Assembly: GCA_005887995.1 (NCBI GenBank)
Contig: VBJD01000025.1
Span: 18,386-82,385 of the forward strand
Source of the DNA: Chloroflexota bacterium
Lineage (GTDB): Bacteria; Chloroflexota; Limnocylindria; P2-11E
Length of the DNA: 64,000 bases
Direction: 5' to 3'
The notes below the pieces were generated by a model, which searched no databases, was not told where the DNA came from, and saw only the letters and a program-made list of their open reading frames with translations. Below, one piece after another: positions 56,421 through 64,000 of the stretch; positions within the stretch are counted from its first letter, which is position 1, and the number at the start of each line of letters is the position of its first letter. The position numbers and the translations under genes were made by a program.

Positions 56421-57640
56421 CGCGTCGCGCCGGCCGCGCGGGCCGCGCCGAGCTGACGGCGTCCCCACGCGACGTTTGCCGTCGCGGGTAGCTCGAGCAG
56501 AGCGGGTAGCGGGTCGTCGAGCGCGAACACCGCGCACTCGATAGGCGGTCGCAGCGACCACAGATAGTCGATGAGCGACAGTTCGCCGTGGCGGAGCGCG
56601 CCGATGGCGGCGGGCACGTCGGTGAGCGCGCGGACCCAGCGCACACCGGCACGTGCGCGGACCTGCGCGACCGTTTCGCCGTGCACCATGCGCCACAGCA
56701 GATACGGAAAGTCGACGCCGGCAGCGCGCCCGAGGCTGTGCCAGCCCCAGACGCGCGGATTGATGTCGAGCAGCTTGAGCCGTCCGTCGCGCTGGTCGCG
56801 CTTGAACTCGAGCTCGACGATCCCGTCGAAGCGGAGCGCGCTGAGGATGCGCCGCGCCGTCTCCTCGACGTCGGGCGCCTCGATCGTCTCGACGAACGTG
56901 CTCGCGCGACCGAAGTCCATCGGCCACTGCCGGGTACGGCGCGCAGCAAGGCACGCGAGCGGCTCGCCGCGCCGGCAGAGCGCCGCGTAGGACAGTTGGG
57001 TCTCGCCGCCGCCGGGGATCTGCTCTTGGATCATGATGGCGGCAGGGTCGCTCACCGCCGCGGCCTCGTCGTAGCGCGCGACCAGCGCCGCGCGATCCGC
57101 CGCGGGCCACGCTTTGTCGATCGTGAATCGATCGAGCGCTGGACGGATCGCGGGCTTGAGGATCGCGGGGAACGGCCCGCCGTAGGCGGCCACGTCAGCG
57201 CGATCGCGCGGATACCACGTAAGCGGATGGTCGACGCCCACGTCGGCCGCGAGCCTGTACGTCAGCCTCTTGTCGTAAGCGTGCTGGAGCACCTCCCATG
57301 GCACGAGGATGCTCAGCCGGTAGCGCTGCGTGAGGGCGTCGCGGTTGCGCGCGATCAGGGCTGCTGCCTCCTCGCCGCCGGGATAGAGCGTCCATCCGCC
57401 GAGTCCGCACTGGTGGGCCAGCTCGATCAGTCGCGCGACCTGATCCGCTTCGGCCGCGGCCGGCCAGCGGATGGCGCGCCGGCAGAAGCGTGACCATCCC
57501 GCGAGCAGATGGTCATCGGTCAGAACCCAGACCGGTACGCCGCGCCGACCGAGGCTGCGCACGAGGCCGAGGCTCTTGTAATCGCCGCCCATCACGAGCG
57601 CGCCTGGGTGCATCGTTGCGCGCACACGCAGGGGGGCCAT
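56417..57640 (-). CDS. ATP-grasp domain protein (carboxylate-amine ligase)
   Basis: 407-aa ORF; ATP-grasp features (PFPAILKPA, ELEFKRDQRDGRLKLLDINPR). An alternative ATG is at 57613. Confidence 0.65.
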   Translation of the reverse strand: MAPLRVRATMHPGALVMGGDYKSLGLVRSLGRRGVPVWVLTDDHLLAGWSRFCRRAIRWPAAAEADQVARLIELAHQCGLGGWTLYPGGEEAAALIARNRDALTQRYRLSILVPWEVLQHAYDKRLTYRLAADVGVDHPLTWYPRDRADVAAYGGPFPAILKPAIRPALDRFTIDKAWPAADRAALVARYDEAAAVSDPAAIMIQEQIPGGGETQLSYAALCRRGEPLACLAARRTRQWPMDFGRASTFVETIEAPDVEETARRILSALRFDGIVELEFKRDQRDGRLKLLDINPRVWGWHSLGRAAGVDFPYLLWRMVHGETVAQVRARAGVRWVRALTDVPAAIGALRHGELSLIDYLWSLRPPIECAVFALDDPLPALLELPATANVAWGRRQLGAARAAGATR

Positions 57641-57643
57641 GGC

Positions 57644-58858
57644 CTAGTGGGCGGCGCGCTGGAGCTTGACCGCGCCCTCGGTCTCGGTGCGCGCGGTCGG
57701 CGCCTCGGTCGCTCGGCGCGTCACCATCCGCGCGGCGAAGGCGGTCCCCGACACGAAACGGAGCAGTGGGCCGAACGAGTACATCGCGGGCGCGCCGACG
57801 AAGTGCAGCCCGGGGACCGAAGACTCGAATCCCCGATCGAGGATGGGCTGCCCGTCGACGCAGCGCACGCGCGCGAGGAGATCCGGGGCGAGGAAGCGGT
57901 ACTGACGGATGTCGACGCCGTAGCCGGTCGCCATGAGGACGTGATCGACCGTACGCGTGCTGCCGTCGTCGAGCCGGAGGCTTACCCGGCCACCGCGCCG
58001 TGCCGCGTAAACGACGGACCGTCCGGCGGCGATGACGAGGTTGCCCAAGCGAGGCCGCAGCCAGAGCGACGCGCCGGGCGCGAGCGCGCGCCGCGTGACG
58101 TCGTTCTGCACCGCCCGCGGGAGCATCCGCACAAGCGACGGGTGTGCTACGAGGTGGCTGATCAGGGCGGGGCCCACGTCCGTGCGATCGAAGAGCAGCG
58201 GGCCGACGACGCCGTCGCGCGGCGCGCGGCCTACCCAGCGCAGACCGGGAGCGCGCATGACCACCTCTACCTCGGCACCGTTCTCCTGGAGTAGGACGGC
58301 ACTCTCGATCGCACTCTGACCGCCGCCGATCACCGCGACGCGACGGCGCGCGAACGGCGCGAGGTCCGCGTGGTCGACCGAATGGCTCGCAAGATCGGGA
58401 GAGAGGCCGTCGAAGACCGCGGGCCTCGCCGCGAAGGGAGCGATGCCCGCGGCCACGACGACACGCGGGACCGCGACTATCTCGCCGTCCGCGAGCGTGA
58501 TGCGGAAGGTCGCATCCTCCGCGTCGATGCGCGTGACGGTTCGCGTGTCGAGGTCGGGCAGCGTACGCGCCTGGTACCAGCGGCCGTACGCGACGAAGTC
58601 CGCGATGGGGATCGGACGCGACAGGTCCGCCGGCTGCTCGCGCTCGTAGGCGTCGAGGCTATGGGCCGATGCCGGATCGCCGATATGTGACGCCGGCCAG
58701 CTGCTCCGCAGGCACATCCCCTTCGGCATGTGCTGCATCCAAAACGACATCGTGTCGCCGAACGTGCGCACGTCCACGCCGGCGCGGCGGAGCTCGGCCG
58801 ACACCGCGAGCCCGTACGGACCGGCGCCGATCACGATGGCGTCGAACGTCCGGGTCAT
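57644..58858 (-). CDS. FAD/NAD(P)-binding flavoprotein (class B flavin monooxygenase / N-hydroxylase-like)
   Basis: Two Rossmann motifs IVIGAGPYGLA and VAVIGGGQSAIE; ATG motif region LMATGY. Confidence 0.7.
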   Translation of the reverse strand: MTRTFDAIVIGAGPYGLAVSAELRRAGVDVRTFGDTMSFWMQHMPKGMCLRSSWPASHIGDPASAHSLDAYEREQPADLSRPIPIADFVAYGRWYQARTLPDLDTRTVTRIDAEDATFRITLADGEIVAVPRVVVAAGIAPFAARPAVFDGLSPDLASHSVDHADLAPFARRRVAVIGGGQSAIESAVLLQENGAEVEVVMRAPGLRWVGRAPRDGVVGPLLFDRTDVGPALISHLVAHPSLVRMLPRAVQNDVTRRALAPGASLWLRPRLGNLVIAAGRSVVYAARRGGRVSLRLDDGSTRTVDHVLMATGYGVDIRQYRFLAPDLLARVRCVDGQPILDRGFESSVPGLHFVGAPAMYSFGPLLRFVSGTAFAARMVTRRATEAPTARTETEGAVKLQRAAH

Positions 58859-60168
58859 CCTGCCCGCCCTTCGTGCGACACCCAGTCACGTGTCTCCCAG
58901 GACCGCACGACGAAATCGCGAAGGGTGAGCGCGTCAATGTCACCGGTGACGGCGAGCGCGCTCCGCGCGCCGTCCGGCCAGCGCCAGACGCGGACGAGCG
59001 GGCCGGTCCCGGACTCGATCGCGTCGAGCACCGCAGCCTCGGACCACGCTGCGTCAGAGCAGTCGACGTATGCGCCAAACCGTTCGCGATCGTCGGATAC
59101 CTCCGTCGCGAAGCCCTCTTCGGCGACGAATCGCAAGAGGTCCGGCGGCGATCGGCGCGACACGCCGACCATCGGCAACCGCGCAGCATCGGCCTCGAAC
59201 ACGCGCCGTTCGCAGCGCGAGTCGCGCCCGTACCACGGCGCCGCGGGCACGTCGAGACCGCGGACCAGAAGCGTCGCCTGGGGATCCGCGACCAGCGACA
59301 CGCGACAGCGCCCGGACGCCGCGGGCATCACGCGCAAGGAGAAGCCCGCGCGGCGAATCCACCACGCGGCGAGGTCGTCGAGACAGGCGACGTGGACCGC
59401 TGGATGGTGTACGCGCGCGGATGTGAGGCAAGCCTCGAGCGCCTGCCCGAGCTCGCTCACGCGCTCCGGATGCAGCTGGATCGTGAACAGGTCGCCGCGT
59501 CGATAGGTGAGCTCGAGGATGTGCAGCCATTCCGCGGACAGAGCCGGTTCGGTGACGCGTATGCGATCGAGGAGGATCTCGTCGTCAGGCACCGCGACCG
59601 GGATATCGACGAGGCCGTCGCGCAGTCGCGGCCGGACGGCGACCGCGCGCGCGTCGACCGCGCTGTAGAGCCGCAGCGCGAGGGCGTAGCGCGACGCCGC
59701 GGCCGCGTCGAGATCCGACGAGAGGAGCGGGAAGACCACGGCTTGGCTGCTGTGGTAGCGCAGGCCGAGGGATCGCAGCACGTCGAGGGTCGCGTCGTTG
59801 TAGCGAAGGTACGGCCCTCGAAATCCCGAGGCACGGAGCCCGCTCCGGCCGAAGAGCTCCATCGCACGCGCGATCGTCGCGCGCTGACGCGCGTGATCGA
59901 GCGCGGCGTGATCGCCGTGTACCAGGCCGTGCAGCGCCAGCTCGACGCCGCGCTCGGCGTAGCGGCGGAGCAGCTTGGGGTGACGCTCCAGGACGCAGGC
60001 GGTGGTCGGCCACGTCGGCCGCACGCCGTGCGCCGATGCGAGCGATTCGTAGCGGTCCAAGCGGCGCGCCATCGCCGAGGTGGTCGCGCCGAAGCGCGAG
60101 ACGACCCTCGCGGTCCGGGCGATCGTGCCCGCCGCCCCACGGCTCTGCAGACTGACCGCGAGACTCAT
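58855..60168 (-). CDS. Polysaccharide deacetylase (CE4 / NodB homology domain)
   Basis: 437-aa ORF; LALHGLVHGDH metal-binding His motif. Confidence 0.7.
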   Translation of the reverse strand: MSLAVSLQSRGAAGTIARTARVVSRFGATTSAMARRLDRYESLASAHGVRPTWPTTACVLERHPKLLRRYAERGVELALHGLVHGDHAALDHARQRATIARAMELFGRSGLRASGFRGPYLRYNDATLDVLRSLGLRYHSSQAVVFPLLSSDLDAAAASRYALALRLYSAVDARAVAVRPRLRDGLVDIPVAVPDDEILLDRIRVTEPALSAEWLHILELTYRRGDLFTIQLHPERVSELGQALEACLTSARVHHPAVHVACLDDLAAWWIRRAGFSLRVMPAASGRCRVSLVADPQATLLVRGLDVPAAPWYGRDSRCERRVFEADAARLPMVGVSRRSPPDLLRFVAEEGFATEVSDDRERFGAYVDCSDAAWSEAAVLDAIESGTGPLVRVWRWPDGARSALAVTGDIDALTLRDFVVRSWETRDWVSHEGRAG

Positions 60169-61388
60169 GCCTTCTCTGGCACCTCGGACCGCACGTCACG
60201 CGCGCTCTCGGAGCGCTCGCGCGACGCGAGCCGCTCCACGATCTCGAGGTAGCGCTTCGCCTGGTGCACCCAGCGATACGGCTCGTTGCGCGCCGTCGCG
60301 TTCCGCACGAGGCGCTCGCGCAGATCGCGATCCGCGTAGACGGCGTAGATGGCTTCGGCAAGCTCGCGCTCGTCCCCCGACTCGAACATCTGAAAACATT
60401 CACTGCCGAAATACGCATCGACCGAGCGCGTGCGCGAGATGATCACGGGCTTGTGGAACGCCACGAGGTCGAACATCTTCGTACAGAGCGTCACGTCCCG
60501 GAATGCGTCACGCCGGACGGCCACGACACCCGCGTCCGCAGCCGCGATGTGCGGCATGAGCGCCTCCATCGTGACCCAGCCACTGAAATGGACACGATCC
60601 ACGAGGTCGAGCTCCCTCGTAAGCGCCTCGACGGCCGGCCGGTGCGTGCCGTCGCCCCAGATCTCGAGCCGCAGGCCGGGGACCCGCTTCCTGAGCAGCC
60701 CCACGGCACGCACCACGAGATCGAGCCCGTAGTTCGGCTCGATCGTGCCGTGACAGATGAGCGTAAAAGCGTCGCTCCCCGGTGCCGCCCGGACGTGTCG
60801 CTCCGGCTCGAATCGTTCGTCGTCGAATGAGTTGAGGACTACGGCGATCTTCGCTGCCGGTGCGCCGCGCTCGACGAAGCGCTCGCGCATCTGCTCGGTG
60901 CAGGTCGTGACGAAGTCGGCGAAACGGATGCTCAGTCGCTCGAGGAACGACAGGACGCGGACCATCGGGTGATCGAGCGGCACGCCGTACTTGGTGGCCC
61001 CGTACTCGGGCATGCACTCGTGCAGGTCAAGCAGGACGCGAGCGCCAAAGAGCTTCGGCACGATCGCCGCGAACACCAGCCAGTCGGGCACCGACGTCGT
61101 CTCGACGACGCGATAGCGATGGCGCAGATGCAGCGCGGCGGCGAGCGCCGTCGCCACGAGCTGGAATGCCGCGAACTCGAAGAGGTAACGAAGCTTTCCG
61201 CCGCGCAGACGACCGATCGGCAGGTGATAGACGGAAACCCCGTCGGCGTGGTCGAAGAAGCGTTGATCCTCGAACTTCAGGCAGATCACGTCGACCTCGT
61301 GTCCCGCGAGGACGAGCGCGCGCGCCTGCCGGCTCACGCGCGAGTCGTATGGATAGTGCGAGTGGCTGATGATGCAGACCCGGGCCAT
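60165..61388 (-). CDS. GT4-family glycosyltransferase
   Basis: 407-aa ORF; MARVCIISHSHYPYD N-terminus; C-terminal GT-B donor-binding region. Confidence 0.78.
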   Translation of the reverse strand: MARVCIISHSHYPYDSRVSRQARALVLAGHEVDVICLKFEDQRFFDHADGVSVYHLPIGRLRGGKLRYLFEFAAFQLVATALAAALHLRHRYRVVETTSVPDWLVFAAIVPKLFGARVLLDLHECMPEYGATKYGVPLDHPMVRVLSFLERLSIRFADFVTTCTEQMRERFVERGAPAAKIAVVLNSFDDERFEPERHVRAAPGSDAFTLICHGTIEPNYGLDLVVRAVGLLRKRVPGLRLEIWGDGTHRPAVEALTRELDLVDRVHFSGWVTMEALMPHIAAADAGVVAVRRDAFRDVTLCTKMFDLVAFHKPVIISRTRSVDAYFGSECFQMFESGDERELAEAIYAVYADRDLRERLVRNATARNEPYRWVHQAKRYLEIVERLASRERSESARDVRSEVPEKA

Positions 61389-61410
61389 CAGGCGGCCTCC
61401 GCGGTGACGC

Positions 61411-61560
61411 TCACGGCGAGGAAACCAGGAACGCGAACTGCGCCGCGACCATCGCCGCCGCGAGGCAGCCGGCGAGCCACGGCCGCCTCGCCGCGGGGCT
61501 CCACGAGCCGATGAGGACCGCGACGAGCACGAGGGCGACCGCCAGAGCGGTGTACGGCAT
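61411..61560 (-). CDS. Possible 49-aa hydrophobic membrane peptide between two GT4 genes
   Basis: Hand translation: MPYTALAVALVLVAVLIGSWSPAARRPWLAGCLAAAMVAAQFAFLVSSP. No homology claim. Confidence 0.25.
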   Translation of the reverse strand: MPYTALAVALVLVAVLIGSWSPAARRPWLAGCLAAAMVAAQFAFLVSSP

Positions 61561-61629
61561 CGGGACCCGACGCTAGAGCGACGATGTTGAGACGATGTGG
61601 TCGGGCGGGTTGACGGTGCGCTCTCGGCG

Positions 61630-62931
61630 TCATGCCGGGACTGTGGCGCCCTGGAGCCGTGCGAGGTCCACCGCGCTCGCCTGTCGCTCGTCCCGCAGAC
61701 CCACGAGTTCGCGCACCGCCGTCTGTGCCGTCGAGAGCGCGTGCTGCTCCTCGAGATACGAGTACGCCCGCGAGCGCATCTGCGCGCGGGCTTGCGCAGA
61801 CGTGAGCAGGTCGACGACGCGGGCTGCGAACGCCGCCGGCTCTGATTCGATGAACGCTTCGCAGCCGGACGTGATCGCCAGGCCCCAGGCGCCGTCGAGC
61901 GTGGTAACGACAGGGATCCCGTAGCGGAAGGCCTCGAGCAGCTTGATGCTGATCCCGAAGGCGCCGAATAGCGGCGCGATCATCACGGCCGAGCGCGCGT
62001 AGATCGTCGCGATGTCCCGTCGGAAACCGAGCAGCGTGATGCCAGGGACACGCCACGCCGGCGGCGCGATCTGCCGGCCCTCGGCATCCGTCGGTAAGCC
62101 CGCGCCGGCGATATCAAGCGTCGCGTGGGGCAGTCGACGGCGGACCAGCGGCCAGACTTCACGGCAGAACCAGTCAACACCGCGAAGGTTCGGCTCCCAG
62201 GTGAGATTCCCCGCGTAGCACAGCCGCGGCGCATTGCTGTCGCGCTTGACGGCTGGGGCGAGCGGGACGACGTGCGGCACGACGCGCGGCTCGACCCCGG
62301 CCAGCGCGCGGAACGCGCGTGCGTCGCTCTCTGAGATCGCCGCCACCGCGTCGACCGACCGAAGGAGCTCGCGCTCATACTGTGTGGCGGCGCGCGCTTC
62401 GGCCTGCGCCACGAGTCGCCGAAGGCCGTGCTGCCGGAGCGCGAAGTCGACGAAGCGGTCGCTCTCGACGTTGTGCTGGTCGAGGACGACGCGCGCCGTC
62501 GGCAACAGCTCCCGGACCAGCGGAAGGTAGTAGGCCATGCCGAGGCCGTTGATCCACACGACGTCGAACGAGCGGCCGGCGAGCTCGCGGCGGAGCGCAC
62601 GCCGGACACTGGGCGAGTGCCATTTCCCGGCCATATACGGGACGCCGCGAAGGATGCGCAGGGCCGCGACCCGTGGCACGTAACGACGATGGCGGAAGAG
62701 ATGCACCGGGTGGAAGACGGGCTCGAGGACCCGCAGCTTCGGTATCGCCCTCTCGAGCTCCGCCCGGCGATCCCGGCTGATCTGCTCCTCGCACAGGTAG
62801 AACAGGTCGATGCCGTCAACCTCGGCGAGTGACGAGAGAACGCGCAGTTGCGCGATCGAGCGGAGCCGTCCGCCGTCTCCCGCTGGCCACAGGAAGTCCG
62901 CCGACAGGTGGAGGATACGCACCCGTTTCAC
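61630..62931 (-). CDS. GT4-family glycosyltransferase
   Basis: 433-aa ORF; MKRVRILHLSADFLWPAGDGG; EX7E-like region (LLEAFRYGIPVVTT). Confidence 0.78.
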   Translation of the reverse strand: MKRVRILHLSADFLWPAGDGGRLRSIAQLRVLSSLAEVDGIDLFYLCEEQISRDRRAELERAIPKLRVLEPVFHPVHLFRHRRYVPRVAALRILRGVPYMAGKWHSPSVRRALRRELAGRSFDVVWINGLGMAYYLPLVRELLPTARVVLDQHNVESDRFVDFALRQHGLRRLVAQAEARAATQYERELLRSVDAVAAISESDARAFRALAGVEPRVVPHVVPLAPAVKRDSNAPRLCYAGNLTWEPNLRGVDWFCREVWPLVRRRLPHATLDIAGAGLPTDAEGRQIAPPAWRVPGITLLGFRRDIATIYARSAVMIAPLFGAFGISIKLLEAFRYGIPVVTTLDGAWGLAITSGCEAFIESEPAAFAARVVDLLTSAQARAQMRSRAYSYLEEQHALSTAQTAVRELVGLRDERQASAVDLARLQGATVPA

Positions 62932-62956
62932 TCTCGCGGCGCGCCTTGAGCGCGCA

Positions 62957-64000
62957 TCAGTCCGGCCATTGAGATGCGCTCGTCGTCTTCGTTTGTTGCT
63001 CTTCCGCCACGAACGCGGCGAGCCCGAGTGATGTCCCCAGGACGATCATCGTCCGGCTGTAGGTGAGGCCCAGATCCACGGACGAGAAGACCACCTGCAG
63101 CACGACCAGCGTGACGGGCAGCGCGACGACCCACTGGAGCGCTGGCGCGCTGAGCCGCCGGAAGAGGTCCGATCCGACGAGCACGGCGCGCGCGACGAGG
63201 AACCACAGCGCGAAGGCGCCGAGCGGTCCGGCCTTCAGCCAGAGCCAGAGCAGCGCATCGTGGGTGATGAATCGCCAGTACGGGAACGAGATATCGGCGA
63301 CGTCTCGTTCGAAGAGATAGCGCTGACCGACACCGACACCGGTGAGCGGCAGTTCGCGGATGGTGTATCCGATGTTCTCGTGCTCTGTGTCGCGAAACGC
63401 ATTCGAGGCTTGATCCACCAGGCTCGTGGCGGACGCGTCGACGACCGAGCGCATCGCGCGAAGCGGCTCCGCGGCCGGACCGGTCGCATCCCAGAAGATG
63501 AGGAGGTAGAGCCCCAGCCCGACGCAGGCGAGCGCCCCGAGCACCGCCGCACGCCGCGGACGCGTGAATAGAGCCATCAGCATGATCACAAGACACATGA
63601 CCGCGAGCGCGATAAGGCCGACGCGACGGTAGGCGACGAACTCCGCGACGACGAAGAGCGGCTGCAGCGCGAAGAGCACGAACACGAGCCGCGAGCGATG
63701 GCCGACCAGGACGGCCACGAGCGCCAGCGCGATCGCGGCGCCGATGAAGATGACGTCTTCGTGGCTACTGATCGTGCGGAGCGTGTAGGAGAGGTCCGCT
63801 GCCGCCTGACCATTCCCGAGGATCTGCACGGCCTTTACCGCTGACACGAGCACGAACAGCCAGAGGAAGACCGACAGTTGACGATGCTCGCGCACCAGGT
63901 TCGCGGTGAGGAAGTAGGCCAGCGCCAGCTGGACCGGCGCACGGCTCTCCGTCAGCGCGACGTCCGCGTTCCAGGAGGCCCCACGTGCCACGCCAATGAC
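62957..64000 (-). CDS. wzy: Wzy-type O-antigen polymerase/ligase family membrane protein (partial; likely continues beyond the window end)
   Basis: Polytopic membrane protein; Wzy_C-like region (LVDQASNAFRDTEHENIGYTIRELPLTGVGVGQRY...HDALLWLWLKAGPLGAF). Confidence 0.65.
   Translation of the reverse strand, partial: VIGVARGASWNADVALTESRAPVQLALAYFLTANLVREHRQLSVFLWLFVLVSAVKAVQILGNGQAAADLSYTLRTISSHEDVIFIGAAIALALVAVLVGHRSRLVFVLFALQPLFVVAEFVAYRRVGLIALAVMCLVIMLMALFTRPRRAAVLGALACVGLGLYLLIFWDATGPAAEPLRAMRSVVDASATSLVDQASNAFRDTEHENIGYTIRELPLTGVGVGQRYLFERDVADISFPYWRFITHDALLWLWLKAGPLGAFALWFLVARAVLVGSDLFRRLSAPALQWVVALPVTLVVLQVVFSSVDLGLTYSRTMIVLGTSLGLAAFVAEEQQTKTTSASQWPD

Noticed and set aside
53896-56949. 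1017-aa minus-strand ORF fusing wzx with upstream sequence
   Set aside because: The upstream ~520 aa are Arg/Ala-rich and run out of frame through the FemAB-like and ATP-grasp genes. The wzx protein has a clean ATG at 55389 preceding its first TM helix.
1-64000. Search for CRISPR arrays, tRNA/rRNA genes, transposases, integrases and phage genes
   Set aside because: No short regularly spaced direct repeats, no tRNA-like T-arm motifs (GGTTCGAATCC-type) and no transposase or integrase-like ORFs were noticed. The window appears free of mobile elements.

Overview
High-GC (~70%) bacterial chromosome segment with two functional halves. T-box leaders on pheS and thrS, an F420-type DUF385 protein and an EF-G paralog suggest a high-GC Gram-positive or Chloroflexi-like lineage. 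Positions 1-43000 are mostly conserved housekeeping operons. On the minus strand: a membrane protein, then truB-nrnA-rbfA-infB-ylxR-nusA with ATGA/TAATG start-stop overlaps. Next come an isolated Flp-family pilin gene bracketed by hairpin terminators, then ruvA-ruvC-yebC, and a divergent EF-G-like gene. Further along are a DUF385/two-APH-kinase group, an S9 peptidase, NDH-2, a YcaQ-like glycosylase, a TPR protein, tyrS, a class A PBP, a NUDIX hydrolase, two small secreted proteins, mutS2, mpg, a peptide ABC importer without ATPases, pheT-pheS (T-box leader)-rplT-rpmI-infC-GNAT-thrS (T-box leader), and a GT-C membrane glycosyltransferase operon. Positions 44288-64000 form a cell-surface polysaccharide locus running off the window. 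It contains two paralogous secreted GH5 hydrolases, three GT4 glycosyltransferases, wecB, a SAM methyltransferase, Wzx, Wzy, and an unusual tailoring block of FemAB-like, ATP-grasp, flavin monooxygenase and CE4 deacetylase genes. No rRNA, tRNA, CRISPR or transposase/integrase genes were seen. Many long ORFs in the six-frame track are antisense or out-of-frame GC artefacts and are listed under rejected. All product names rest on motif recognition by eye; no database searches were run.
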